DNA of 63,248 nt, filler included, from Reticulomyxa filosa (GCA_000512085.1; 21 parts of 21 records of this genome joined end to end with filler, not necessarily neighbours in it); one strand, 5' to 3'; counted from the first letter of the whole stretch, positions 37,069 through 50,029 are shown. Made by a program: numbers and translations. The notes: generated by a model not told the origin, from the letters alone.

Positions 37069-37545
37069 TCATCCCCAAATACGAATTAAATTTTTTGAAC
37101 CATAACATAAATTAACACAACTGTCACCATTTGATTTTTGTTCATTGTTATCTATTTTCTTTTTCAATTCCATAAATTTAAGACATAATACTCCATCATA
37201 TACTTCCATCACATACAATTCATTCTTATTTGATCGAATATCCCAAAAACGAATTGTCTTATCATATGACCCAGAACATATCATCTTTGAATTACCACTA
37301 TTATTCTTTATCACAAATGGTGAATATTCAACAGACCATACAGTGCTTGTGTGCCCATCGAACACTTGAACTTGTTTACCAGACCGAATATCCCACAAAC
37401 GAACACTTCTATCAACTGATCCTGATAATATTGTATTTACTAATTCATTTGATCCATATTTTACACTATTTACAACATCTTTATGTTTGTTAAATAAATT
37501 CAATTGTTTGGTTGTTTCAATGTCCCATATTCGAATGGTTTTATC
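37069..37545 (-). CDS. WD40-repeat protein, 3' part, same family as 27598-28879
   Basis: SVKYGSNEL..ILSGSVDRSVRLWDIRS, ICSGSYDKTIRFWDIRS, NLCYGS..IRIWG. Confidence 0.92.
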   Translation of the reverse strand, partial: DKTIRIWDIETTKQLNLFNKHKDVVNSVKYGSNELVNTILSGSVDRSVRLWDIRSGKQVQVFDGHTSTVWSVEYSPFVIKNNSGNSKMICSGSYDKTIRFWDIRSNKNELYVMEVYDGVLCLKFMELKKKIDNNEQKSNGDSCVNLCYGSKNLIRIWG

Positions 37546-37645
37546 NNNNNNNNNNNNNNNNNNNNNNNNNNNNNNNNNNNNNNNNNNNNTTAATTAATTA
37601 ANNNNNNNNNNNNNNNNNNNNNNNNNNNNNNNNNNNNNNNNNNNN

Positions 37646-37685
<40 letters not shown>

Positions 37686-37721
37686 CACATTGACGTCCGT
37701 GTTGTTTGTGTGAATGAATAG

Positions 37722-38105
37722 GATGGCTGAAAAAGAAGTCTGAGCAAGTGCACAAGTACAATGACCGATGGTGTGTGCTGTTTCCATCGTTTCTATTGTA
37801 TTACAAAAGTGAAATCTCGCCGGGCAAAAAAAAGGATTTGGCGGAAGTGAATCACCCAATGGGCACAATCCATTTGAAAAACTACCATTTGCGAGTTCGC
37901 AAAGACCGCAAAAAATGTGACTTTACACTGGTCCCACACAAAACCGCCATCACCTACGGCTTCGCCATGCAAGACATGAAAGTCCGTTTTCGTTGTCAAA
38001 ACTCGGCCATTTTGAATGATTGGATTAATGCTCTGCGCAAGTCCGTCGAAGCTGCCACTACAGGCTATATCACCTATGGTTACACAAACAAATCATTGTA
38101 TATGT

Positions 38106-38145
<40 letters not shown>

Positions 38146-39381
38146 TTGTGCCGGATCATATGTTGCTTTTGTTTGCTTGTTTTTCCGGCTCGAAGAGGTG
38201 CGTGATAAATTCCTCGGCGATGAGTTGGGCGGGGTTTCGATGACGGCCAACGAAGAGAACAAACAACGCCAAGAGCAAAATAGCGGTGACGTGTCCGGGC
38301 ACGCGAAGAACGGCGAGAACAGAGATAAGGATGCTGACGTGGCGCCATCGCAACAGCAACACTGGAGTTTGGATGATGATACTCCTTTCGAAACCACCGA
38401 CAGCAACAAAGTCACCAAAAAAATCATAACAATTGAAGACGTCCGAAAAATGATTGATGACAAACAGTCCACTGAAGACAAACTCAAAGTCAAAGAGAAC
38501 CAATTGCTTTCCATGAAAAGTTATATACATATACATATACATATATATATGACATATGTATACAATACATGTATATACGTACATACAACAAAGAACAAAA
38601 TACAAATGAAAAGACGAACTTGAACAAGTGGAACAAAGACTGCAATCACAAATGGACGAGCTGAAATTGAAAAAGGAAGCCCACACGAAGGAGTTGAACG
38701 ACTTAGAAAATAAACTGCGAGAGTCGGAGGAGCAAAGGAAAGAGTCGTCGCAGATCTGTAGTAATTTAAATAAGGACATAATCGCGAAAGAAGCAGCAAT
38801 TCGAGATTTGCAAGTCAAAGTCCACAAACAGGAAGAAAACAATCAAACGTTCCAAAGCTATGCCGTGACAATGGAACAATGGAATGTCCGACTTCGAAAA
38901 ATGACTATGGACGAACTTCATCGAATCAATCCCAACTTTCACATTACCAAATTAATTGAAATCTGTGCCAAGTCTTGTCAGCAAACCAGACAAGAATTAT
39001 CACATCTCTATGACGAACACACTTTTCCTTTGGTATATATATATATATGCATATACATATACATATATATATATATTTTTTTTTTTTTGGATAAAAAAAG
39101 CTTTTGTGTATGTTATAATTCAAACTCTCAATTCCATTTGGTTATTCTTTTGTCCCCAATTTTCAAGTCTACACTGATTGGACGAGTAATGGAAAATTAC
39201 AAATCCCTGGCAGGTTATTACGTTAATATTGTCGAGAAAGATGCACAACTTGAAGGTGAAATGGATGAGATGAAGACAGAAATGGAAAAAAATGCAAGAG
39301 TATATTTATGAAGAATATGAGGCCGAAGATGATGATGCCACTTCTAGCATTATGCAGTCACAAATGGCGGCGCCTTTTTAA
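37722..39381 (+). CDS. PH-domain plus coiled-coil protein, multi-exon, 5' truncated
   Basis: GWLKKKS..YNDRWCVL..LLYYK..PMGTIHL..F.L..RFRC..LNDWINALRK, followed by heptad repeats. Confidence 0.8.
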
Positions 39382-39956
39382 ATCGTCTTCTTTCTTCCTT
39401 GTCAATTTTCAATGTATTCCTGACTTTTTTGTTTTAATTAATAATGGTATTTTGTTCGATTTTTTTTCTGCTTCTTAAAAAAAAAAAAAGGTTTCCTTTC
39501 GCAAGAGAGGATAAAACCTCAAATGCGATTAAGAATTGGACAATGTGCCTATTATGTTTTCTAGTGGAAAAAAAGAAATTACAACTTTAAGTGGGGGCTT
39601 TGCCTCTCTTCACCTTCGGCTCTGTCCTCTTGTAATCATGTCTCACCCTTGGCAGAACGAGTTTGATACAAGAACTGCCACATGACGCATGTACAATTCA
39701 GGTAGCATTTGACACAAAATTAAAATGACAATGGAAAGGAATAAAGCGGGAATAAGTGCTTTATGTAGTATTTAAAATTATATCAGCAGAGAAAAAAAAT
39801 GTTGTCAATTTGATTGAATGATTTAGTTTAGTGTTGGTTAGCATTTTTTTATGTTTTGAAGTATGTGCGAATCACTTGAGAAAAAACGTTTAAAAAAGGT
39901 GCTTTCTTAGCAAAAAAATACAGTTCCCCTTTGATTATTTTTTTTTTTGGATCGGA

Positions 39957-42034
39957 ATGTCTGAAAGCAGTGGTGATTCAGATAGTGATGGTGATATTGG
40001 ACCAGCTCCTCCACCTAGCTTGGTGAAAACTGAAAATGAGACGTCAAATAATGTAGAAGTAAGTGAGCAAACGGAAAATGGAAGCAAGAGCGAAGAAGCA
40101 GCAGAGACGTCAACAGCGGATGAGAAAGCAGTGAGCAGCGGCGAGAACAAAGCAGTGAAGCGTAACAAATCAGAAATGGAATCATCGGACATCGAAATTG
40201 CGAACAGCCAGGATAAAGCGGCGAAGACAAAGAAGGAGAACGACAATGAAAACAATAGTGCGAAAGTAGGAGATCCAGACGAAATGGAAGCAAGCAAGAG
40301 AGGAGAAAGGACAATGACAAAAATGGAACGAGTAGGGATGAGTCGTCTTCCCGACAAAGAGTGGTATGAATGGAGTTATATGCACCGATATCAAATTACA
40401 CACATAAAATTTGCACCATTCACTGACTTTTTAATTACGGCGAGCAAAGAGGGCGTTGTGAAATTTTGGAAAAAAACTGGCGATAACATTGAATTTGCTA
40501 AGATGTTTGCCGCTCATATGAGTTTTGTGTCTGCACATGCAACAAGCATGTAACATGCAACATGTAACATGCAGCATATACATCATGTATACACATATAT
40601 GAAAGCTCGAATTAATGATATTGCAGTCAGTAGCGATGGAATATTATTAGCAACAGTCGCGCAAGACTGTGAATGTGCAGTGTTCGACATCCCATCGTTT
40701 GACATGATTCTGCGTCTGAAGCTCGACTTTACACCGCGTTTGTGCACGTGGATCCATACCACCAAAGACCCTACCAATATTTTGGCGATGTATGTGCAGT
40801 GCACTTCCTTTCCAATAAAAAGTATTCTGTTTTCTTTGGATAGTTAATAATATACATAAATATACATATATATATAAATATGTATGTATGTATGTATGTA
40901 TGTATATAATTTGCGCAATAGATCGATGAGCAATAGTGGCATCGTGCAGCTGTTCAAGCCGGGCAAGCAAAGTGGAGTGACGGCACAGTGCTATGCCCGA
41001 GTGGACATCCACGAAAAACCTGTAATTTGCATGTGCTTCAATCGCAAATACGAATGTGTGATCAGCGCTGATTTGAGTGGGAAGATGGAGTACTGGAATC
41101 GAAATGAACCCTTTGACCGCCCTCCGTGTCCGGAGCAAGTGTCCTTTGCGTATCTGGCCGAAACCGATTTGCACTACTTCCATCAAAATTCGTGCATTCC
41201 TTTGTGCATTAATCTGTCGCCCAACAATGAAATGTTTGTCGTCAAAGACAGTCTGGGCTTTGTCACCGTCTGGAACTTTCGGTCGGGGAAAATGCTTTTC
41301 AAAATCGATGAAAACTCGCACGTCTACGAACAATTCCAAAAGAGTTTTGCACCAACTTTGCACAAGTTGTGCTCGTCTTTTTGTTACTTTGTTGTTGTTC
41401 TTGCAACATAGGATGAAAACCATCCCTTTCAAGTCAATGATATCCAATTTGGTCGATTAGTCGCTTTAGAACGAGAATTGAAAAACACAATTGTATATAT
41501 ATATATATATTAATCTTGTGTGACAATCAATATCTTTTTTTTATTTAATAGAATTCAGAAGTTATTTTCGACGATTCCAATCAATTCATCATTTATCCAA
41601 CAATTGTTGGAATTAAAAGTTGGACTCTGTCTTTCTTTATCTTGACAAGTTACAAAGTGTTGCAAACGGCTATATACTTGTTGTTGTTGTTGTTGTTGTT
41701 GAATCATAGTGGTGAGTTTACTTGACGGACAAGTATGTCGATTACTTGGCAAACAAGAAACTGTTCGATTTTTACGACTGGCACTGTTTCAAGGAATTCC
41801 ACAAAGTGTCGATCTTAGTGCGGCGCAAAGACTCGGTGCAGACACTGTCGGCGTCGAAACATGTGCGCGGAAAATTGAAGAGGATCCCACTTTGTTTGCC
41901 ACTGGTTTCAACAAGCAGACATTCTATTTGTTTACCAAGCGCTATTACGAGTTTCGTCTGCTCTTCAAACTTTTCAACAATCACAACTATATATACATAT
42001 ACACATATATGTATATATACGCGTGTGTATATTT
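39957..42034 (+). CDS. PPWD1: Peptidylprolyl isomerase domain and WD repeat protein 1 (cyclophilin domain lies beyond the contig end)
   Basis: LP..WYEWSYMHR..ITH..TDFLITASKEGVVKFWKK..IEFAKMFAAH, FDMILRLKLDFTP, SADLSGKMEYW, DPTLFATGFNKQTFYLFTKR. Confidence 0.92.
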
Positions 42035-42867
42035 NNNNNNNNNNNNNNNNNNNNNNNNNNNNNNNNNNNNNNNNNNNNTTAATTAATTAANNNNNNNNNN
42101 NNNNNNNNNNNNNNNNNNNNNNNNNNNNNNNNNNAAAAATGTACAGTCAAATGATAGAAAACTCTTCAAATCAACAAAGCAAAAAGGGATATATTATTTT
42201 TATTTGAACAAATAAAAGCGAAATCATATCACTTGCAACATTTATCAAGATGGAGATAACTAACATGAAAGTCAGAATGTGCTAACGTTTTCAATATTGT
42301 TTGAAATACTGATAATTATTCGTTCTAATAACATCTTTTAAATATTTTTTGTATTTAATTAAAATTTGATGTAATTTCAAAGAGAAAAAGTCAATAAAAT
42401 TAATTATTTAAGCAATAATTAGTAGTTTTTCTTCAAACCAAAAAACATTTTTTTTGGTAATAATGGAATATATTGGTTTTTTGATGTTTCGAAATAGCAG
42501 AAATAGTTTGCATATGCAGTAAGACACTGTTTATATGTTATTTTTTGATATTTATTTATATATTTTATAATTGATTTCACAATAATGTTTTATGTATGCA
42601 TAACAAATTTTGAATTAAAGCATGATTTTACATTTGCCAAATTTTTACTTTTAGATTATGGAACTGTATCATAAGTATTGGTCTGATCATTTTTAGATTT
42701 ATGGTATATGCGTTATGCAAGATCGTAATGCATGTTTCACTGATTGAGTCAAATACAAACAAAAAGAAGACAATTTGAGCAGAAAAGTTTCACATTTTGA
42801 GTTTTAATTTTTCCAACCAAAACCAAAACAAACACGATCAAGCAAATACAGTTTTTTGTACCAGTTT

Positions 42868-43240
42868 AGTATGTATTTGGATAAATCTTGATCTGCAATG
42901 ATAGAGGACAATTATTTGGCAACAAGGTCACTGCTAACGGAAATTTTCTACCCTTTCTTTTCAAGGGGTATCATATGACAGCCCTCAATCTTCGAGCTAC
43001 AATATTTTTTAAATTTTCATTTAATTATAGGCTGTATTTTGCAATGATGCAAATTGCATCATCAGTGAACTCCAAATCCACACATCATCAACAAACAGTA
43101 CTTTTTGTTGCTTGATTAAGTTGGACTATGTTTCGGTCAAAATGCAAACAAAATCAGCTTCAGACAAGGGTTCCAATTCTACTCGAATTGGCAATCGATG
43201 CATTTTTCGCGTTCCAATTTCACCGAATGGTGTATTTTGC
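42868..43240 (-). pseudogene. hslU: HslU (ClpY) ATPase C-terminal pseudogene
   Basis: Minus strand reads RLPIRVELEPLSEADFVCILTET*SNLIKQQKVL / DLEFTDDAI..IAK..LNENLKNIVARRLRAVI* / IIADQDLSKYIL, matching the HslU C-terminus; has stops, frameshifts and deletions. Confidence 0.88.
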
Positions 43241-44241
43241 TGCTTCAACTTTGACAAATAGAACTATACTACATTTCAAGATAAAAACCCCTTTCAAATT
43301 GCTAAGCACCAAGTCATCCAACTTCAGCACGTGCAAATCCGCATTGAACGAGCTGGTGATTCTCATTTCGAGTCACTGCAAGTCCGATTCAATGCGATCG
43401 TCATATTATTTGCTAGAAATAGCGATTGGACAGCAGGAGCATCAAATTAGGGAAGAAATTGAAACTTGGTGATCATTGTCTGAGCAAACTTAAATCGTTC
43501 AACATCAAACATACGAGAAGAAGAAGAAGANNNNNNNNNNNNNNNNNNNNNNNNNNNNNNNNNNNNNNNNNNNNTTAATTAATTAANNNNNNNNNNNNNN
43601 NNNNNNNNNNNNNNNNNNNNNNNNNNNNNNAAAAAATCTTGATGTGGTCCTATCCTCTTTTTAAAAAATAATTCTATGCAGTTTTTGGTCGCAACATGCT
43701 CTGTTCTTGCTTTTAAGAATGTTGTAAGTGGTTTAATTTGTGTTTCTATTAAACATTTGTAATTTTTATTTTGATATAAATGTTACTTAAAAAAAGGGCA
43801 AATAGATGAAAGTGTCTTTTTTTTGTCCATGTAATATATAAATGCAATATAGTAAATTAATGAGCACTATTTTTTTTTTTTTAAAAAAAAAAGCACAAAA
43901 TAAAACTAAAATAACAAAAACAAAATATTAATTTTTGTAACACTTTCAAAATAAAAATAAAAAAATAAGTTTTTTTAGTTTTTTTTTAAAACTTCGCCCA
44001 AAGTGAAAGCGTCTTTTTAATAACGTGTGATACTTTCATAGTTTTCAGGTATGTTTTATTGTATGTCTAATCTTTTTTAAATGAAGAAAGTCTTTGACAG
44101 ATACTTTTTGACGATTCTTCAATTTTTAACCTTCTTCGTCTGACTTGTGCTTTAGCTCTTTTTTTTTTCATCGCTCTTTTTTTTCACCGTTCTTTTCTCT
44201 TACTTGTGCAAAAAATTAGTTTGTGTTGTTAAAATAGGAGC

Positions 44242-45099
44242 ATGGGCGACGTGTCGCACTTCCAGTTGATTTTATCCGGGTTGTCGCGAGAGCTGATTGC
44301 GATAGGACTGTCAACTGACTCATCCTTTTTAACACTCACCAACAAACGTAGTGTGGTGCTGAGCAAAATTGTGCGCGAATATCAAAAGGAGCACAGAGCA
44401 AAAGGTAAATTTTTTTTTTTGTGCGCATAATAAAATATTTTGATTTTTACCGTATCTTATTACACCTAATTTTTTTTATTTTAAAAAAAAAAAAAAAAAA
44501 AAGATGGTATGGAATCGTCAATTCGAAGAGATTTGGGTGACACAAGCTATTCATTATTAAAGGTGACAGTAGGTACGGGAGTGTACATAATGTTATCGAT
44601 GTTAGAAGAAAACTTTCGATCGAACCCGAAATTGTCGTTGAAAATTCTGACGTTACTTGAAAGTGCAGTTGCAAAAAGTGAACCCTTGCGAGTTGGAGAC
44701 ATCATCGAAGCTGCCGATTCCGAGCATAGAGGAAAACTCATTTGACAGGTGCTTATCCATTTACGCGTTCGAATGAATGGCGTTGGAATTGCTGCTGGTG
44801 TTATCAGTGACATTGAACAAGCTGCTATTGGTGTTATATATGCTACTATTTCGATTTGCGGTGGACCAGAGCTTTTGAGCATTCGACTTTCGTTGGTTCG
44901 CTTGCGTCGAATGCGTTGTGCGAGGTAGCGAAAAGTCGAGCATATTTGCGTGATTGGAGATAAAATTGATTATCGCAGTACCGACATTGCGCCCGCCAGT
45001 TTGATTGTTTTGTCCACCGGAGAACACTGCTCGAAATTGGACACGTCTTGCGAAATGGAGAAGGGGCACGTATTGAGCTTTGTGCCTCCAGGTTTGTTT
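44242..45099 (+). pseudogene. Hypothetical gene, 5' part, with two in-frame stops
   Basis: After an intron (~44405-44503) a single frame runs to the contig end, interrupted only by TGA 44743 and TAG ~44926. Confidence 0.5.
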
Positions 45100-45199
45100 N
45101 NNNNNNNNNNNNNNNNNNNNNNNNNNNNNNNNNNNNNNNNNNNTTAATTAATTAANNNNNNNNNNNNNNNNNNNNNNNNNNNNNNNNNNNNNNNNNNNN

Positions 45200-45431
45200 C
45201 TCGAACCTGATGCTGGAGACGCTCAGGAAATGCGGCGACACGCTGACGCGCGAGAACGTCATGAAGCAGGCCGCCAACTACCAGAAGTACAAGCTGCCGC
45301 TGCTTCTGCCGGGCATCACGATCAACACCAGCCCGACCGACTATTACCCGATCCAGTCGGTGCAGCTCGCGCGCTTCAAGGGCGAGACCTGGGATCTGTT
45401 TGGCGACGTCATGTCGGCCGAAGGTTCCTGA
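45200..45431 (+). CDS. Bacterial ABC transporter substrate-binding protein (branched-chain amino acid type), C-terminal fragment
   Basis: Close paralog of the C-terminus of 45620-46840; high-GC codon usage. Confidence 0.92.
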
Positions 45432-45455
45432 AGCCAGAGCTTCCTCGACGACACG

Positions 45456-45490
45456 AAAGGCCGCTGGTTGTTCCAGCGGCCTTTTTTGTT
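45456..45490 (+). terminator. Rho-independent terminator
   Basis: AAAGGCCGCTGG-TTGTT-CCAGCGGCCTTT stem followed by a T-tract. Confidence 0.85.
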
Positions 45491-45619
45491 GGTTGTGCGC
45501 CGCACCATTTCCCCTGTTTCCGCAGGCAGGGAGCGAATTCCTCTTTTCAAATCCTCGGTTCTGCGTGACGATATTCCGCACAGAAAAAGCAAAGAAGCTT
45601 TTCGACCAGGGAGGCGACG

Positions 45620-46840
45620 ATGAAGACGAACAGACGTACTTTTATTGGCGGCGCATCGGCGGCCGCGGCCTTATCTGCGTCGGGCATCGCGCTCGCGCAG
45701 AAGAAATACGACGAAGGTGCGACCGACAAGGAAATCAAGATCGGCCACACCAATCCCTACAGCGGGCCAGCCTCTTCCTATGGCGTCATCGGCAAGTGCG
45801 AGGAAGCCTACTGGAAGAGCGTCAACGAGCGCGGCGGCATCAACGGCCGCATGGTCAAGTTCGTTACCATGGACGACGGCTACAATCCGGCCAAGACCGT
45901 CGAGGTGGTCCGTCAGATGGTGGAACAGGACAGGGTACTGTGCCTGTTCAACACGCTGGGCACGCCGACCAACTCGGCGATCCACCGCTACATGAACCAG
46001 AAGAAGGTGCCGCAACTCTACGTTTCGACCGGTGCTTCCAAGTGGGGCAAGTACAAGGAGTTCCCGTGGACGATGGGCTTCCAGCCCGACTACCACACGG
46101 AAGCCGTCATCTACGCCAAGCACATCCTCGCGACCGTGAAGGACCCCAAGATCGGCGTGCTGATGCAGAACGACGACTACGGCAAGGACTACTGGGAAGG
46201 CTTCAAGGAAGGACTCGGCAAGGACGTCAACAAGGTGGTCAAGCATGTCACCTACGAGACCACCGACCCGACGGTCGACAGTCAGATCATCCAGCTCAAG
46301 GATGCCGGCGCCAACGTGTTCTTCAATATCGCGATCCCGAAGTTCGCTGCCCAGGCCATCCGCAAGGTGGCAGACATCGGCTGGAAGCCCATCCAGTACC
46401 TGAACAACGTCTCGTCCTCGGTCGCCTCGACGCTCAAGCCGGCCGGTCTCGAGAACAGCCAAGGCCTCATCACCGCTCTCTATCTGATGGATCCCACCGA
46501 CAAGCAGTGGAACGACAATGCCGAGATGAAGACCTGGCGTTCCTGGATGAGCAAGTACATGCCGGGCGCCAACCAGGATGACGGCAACTACATCTTCGCC
46601 TATGCCGTCTCGACCCTGATGGAAGAGACGCTGAAGCGGTGCGGCGACACGCTGACGCGCGAGAACCTGATGAAGCAGGCCACCAGCTTCAAGAAGTACA
46701 GGGTGCCGCTGCTGCTGCCGGGCATCACCGTCAGCACCAGCCCGACCGACTATTACCCGATCCAGTCGGTGCAGCTGGCCAGCTTCAAGGGCGAGACCTG
46801 GGGGTTGTTCGGCGACATCATGTCCGCCGAAGGTTCCTGA
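45620..46840 (+). CDS. Bacterial LivK/LivJ-like (periplasmic binding protein type 1) ABC substrate-binding protein with Tat-like signal
   Basis: NRRTFI..ALA signal, EIKIG..PYSGPAS, GGINGR, DDGYNPAKT, QNDDYGKD; GGGAGG RBS just upstream; no introns. Confidence 0.95.
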   Translation: MKTNRRTFIGGASAAAALSASGIALAQKKYDEGATDKEIKIGHTNPYSGPASSYGVIGKCEEAYWKSVNERGGINGRMVKFVTMDDGYNPAKTVEVVRQMVEQDRVLCLFNTLGTPTNSAIHRYMNQKKVPQLYVSTGASKWGKYKEFPWTMGFQPDYHTEAVIYAKHILATVKDPKIGVLMQNDDYGKDYWEGFKEGLGKDVNKVVKHVTYETTDPTVDSQIIQLKDAGANVFFNIAIPKFAAQAIRKVADIGWKPIQYLNNVSSSVASTLKPAGLENSQGLITALYLMDPTDKQWNDNAEMKTWRSWMSKYMPGANQDDGNYIFAYAVSTLMEETLKRCGDTLTRENLMKQATSFKKYRVPLLLPGITVSTSPTDYYPIQSVQLASFKGETWGLFGDIMSAEGS

Positions 46841-46864
46841 ACATCCAGTCCGCTATCGAACGAA

Positions 46865-46896
46865 AGGCCGCCGGCATCGACCGGCGGCCTGTTTCC
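46865..46896. terminator. Hairpin/terminator between convergent bacterial genes
   Basis: AGGCCGCCGG-CATCGA-CCGGCGGCCT; similar in sequence to the first hairpin. Confidence 0.7.
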
Positions 46897-47097
46897 TCAG
46901 CGTCCGGCCGGCTTGCGTTGCAGGGCCTGGCGGCATTCCGCCGTGTCGATGCGGCCGTTCTTGTCGAGGTCGCAGCGCGTGAAGTTGCGCTCGGTTCCGG
47001 CCGTGAACTCGGCAAGCGTGACGAACCCGTCCTTGTCCGTATCGAGCAGCAGGAAGTAGCTGGACTGCTGGCTGGCCTGACGGTCCGTCGGGAGGAC
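46897..47097 (-). CDS. Bacterial EF-hand protein, C-terminal fragment (missed by the ORF track)
   Basis: Translates ..FLLLDTDKDGFVTLAEF..FTRCDLDKNGRIDTAEC..GR*, two canonical DxDxxG loops. Confidence 0.85.
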   Translation of the reverse strand, partial: VLPTDRQASQQSSYFLLLDTDKDGFVTLAEFTAGTERNFTRCDLDKNGRIDTAECRQALQRKPAGR

Positions 47098-48027
47098 NNN
47101 NNNNNNNNNNNNNNNNNNNNNNNNNNNNNNNNNNNNNNNNNTTAATTAATTAANNNNNNNNNNNNNNNNNNNNNNNNNNNNNNNNNNNNNNNNNNNNTTT
47201 TTTTTTTTTTTTGGAGCAAATAATTTGTTCAATATCCGAACTGATGATATTTGTCAATGTAGGAATGATAGATACACTGCAAGTCGTGTGGGGGGACGGT
47301 GTTTGTGGTTCCGCATTTCTCATTGTTTTCAGAGTCTACTTCATTGCTGGTATACTCAAGAGTATGGCATAGATAAAGTAAAAGCTCAATAGCCAATATG
47401 AGAGCAAAATTGCTCGCATCCCTTGGTTAACTAAAACTAGGAGAATCAAGGGCCTACGAACGAAAACACTTGTGTTTTTCACTTCATACTTTTTGCTCGG
47501 CGAAAAAGATTATCATTCAAAAAAAACAGTCTAAAAAGACTGAGCTCTGCTGCACGTATTATCAAAAAATGTTTATCCACAAATGTTGCTAATACCTCCA
47601 CTGTAGTGCAAATATTTTACCATATTGAATATTTTTATAGACGCTTCAAGTATATTTGAAATAGACCAGTATCACAGTAAAAGTATGACATATTTAAAAT
47701 CATATCAGTTTTAATATTAAAAGGAAGCGTTCCCTTCTAGGCCAGAAAGGATTTTTGACATCATTTTATGTTGAGTTGTAAATTTTGCCAGAATAATCAT
47801 AGTGAAAATGAATGATCACAGATTTGATCCGAGTGGAAGGAAAGATGTTAAGAAAAGGATATTTTGACATATAAAAGAGACAATAAAACAGCTAAACCGT
47901 CACACCAAACAAAACAGAGCAAGTGAGTGACGGAAAAAGGTGTTGTATGGCAACCCCGAAGGGTCTCTGTTTATGTGTCAACCAAATGAAAGCATGTTTG
48001 TAACTGTGGAACAAATGATGATGTGCG

Positions 48028-48240
48028 CAAAGTCGACGCAGCAGTCGCAGCAAAAAGAGAAGGAGAAGCAAAAGCAGAAGCCGAAGCAGAAGCACAAGTA
48101 GGAGTCGAAGCCGAAACAAAAGTAAAAGTAAAAGTGGAGGAAGACACCGAAATAAAGAGAAAAGTGGGAATCGAGAAAAGCACTCGTCACGTGCAAAAGA
48201 GCACCAAAGTGGTGCTGTCGCTGCTACACAAAGCAAAGAT
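48028..48240 (+). pseudogene. RS-rich low-complexity coding fragment
   Basis: One frame reads SRRSSRSKKRRRSKSRSRSRSTSRSRSR; stops lie upstream in the same frame. Confidence 0.35.
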
Positions 48241-48645
48241 GTGAGGTTAGCATACAATAAACTCCAAACAAACAAACAAATGCAAAAAAGAGTGACCAAA
48301 AATAAATATAATATTATGTCATGTATTTATGTATAATATATGTATGTATGTGCAGTGATGGCAATGGCAAGGAAACCCAGGTTTGGAGGATTGATTGGGT
48401 CCAACTCAATCTTATATTACAATCACACCTTTTTTTTTTTTTTTTTTTTCCTTCCATAAATCGTCTTTTTACTTTCTTTGTATCTCTGTGACTCTCCTTT
48501 CAATGAGCATACTGTGAAACTTGAGTGCAAATGACGTATACGACTTTGCTGTGTTGTGCATAGACGAATCAAACAAGCACTACAAAAGTTTTAGTTTGTT
48601 TTGTGTTGATCAATTTAATTTCAAAGACGCTTTGATAATCTTAAC

Positions 48646-49462
48646 ATGATTGGAATGACTCTCAAAAAGATGGCGTTTGAGGACATCATATCACGTTTTG
48701 GCACTCATCTGAAACAAGCGAATCATACTGCCTCAGTTTTTGTGTTTGTCTCTGTCTTTTTTTTGTTTTCAATATTGCAATTACGTCTTGACTGCTATGA
48801 ACAAAACAAAAAAAAGAATGACCAGAACAACAATAACAATAACAATAACAACAACAACAATAACAATAACAACAATAATAACAATAATAACAATACCATG
48901 CGGTTGATTGAGACGCCAAAAGCCGAGCAAATCTTAGACGACGAGTTGCAGTGACTACATATCTTTGTATCTATTATGTTGTTTTGCTTGCTTGAAATAC
49001 GTTTCAAATCTTTTTTTTTTGGTTTATTGTTTGTTCGCACAATGGACTTTAGCTTTGCTCAAATGACTCCAAAAGAACAATTTGCAAAGTATTGCCAACT
49101 CAAACAACAAGAAAATAAACTTAAGTTGATATAATGTCTTTTTTTTTTTTTTATAACATAAGTATATAGAGACCTTCCATTTACTTTTGTTTTGTTTTGT
49201 TACTTGTTTACGCCAACAATACACACACATTGTTTGCTTTAACAACAGGGAGGATCTTTTAGAGTACCAACATAACTTTGATGAACTATACGAAGAACTG
49301 CATTTTCAGCAACAGAAAAATAATCGCTTAGAACAACAACTAAACAGTCTTAAAGCACAAAATCAACATAAGCGATGGCAACATTTGACAAGCGCTGTTT
49401 TAATTGATTTGCCCACTATCTCTCCATTTTTTTCAATCACAGCACACATTTATCGGTTCTGA
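48646..49462 (+). CDS. Hypothetical poly-Asn/coiled-coil protein, multi-exon
   Basis: ORF pieces linked by intron-like DNA; (AAC/AAT)n at ~48826-48894. Confidence 0.4.
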
Positions 49463-50029
49463 TCGAAGTTCACCGAATGGCCCGGGATCTAAGTAAAAAC
49501 ATACAAATCCTTCATCCATTCTAATTCATTTCATTCATTGTTTCTCAAATCAACACTACAACAATCCCGAGACAAGACGTGTAACAAAAAATGTCCTTTT
49601 CCGACAATAACAAATATTCACAATTGCATAGTACTTTTCATGATTTTTTTTCAAAGTTTTTGATATTGTGGTTCAAATAATTTTACCATTTCTGTGATTC
49701 TTTCAATGGAATGATTATGTTTTATCTATTGACATATTGTTCAAGCTTTATAATAGTCAGAGCCGATCAACTGAACATAACCTTATCTTTTTTTATAAGC
49801 TTAACTTTAATCACTCATTAATAAGTACAAAATCTTTATTTGAAATAATAAAATTGAATTGCTCCATTAGAAAGCTTGGAATTGATAAATAAATTAAATT
49901 TAAAAAAATTGAACTATATTTTACACCCAAAATTCCGTAATTATGTAGAAAATAACGATGTTCTATATTTGCCTCAATATCACATACATAAATGGTTTTA
50001 TCATTGATACATAAAAAATATTTTACACA

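Noticed and set aside
45144-47145. Long overlapping or antisense ORFs (45400-46581, 45671-46462, 46639-47145)
   Set aside because: Shadow frames of GC-rich bacterial genes.
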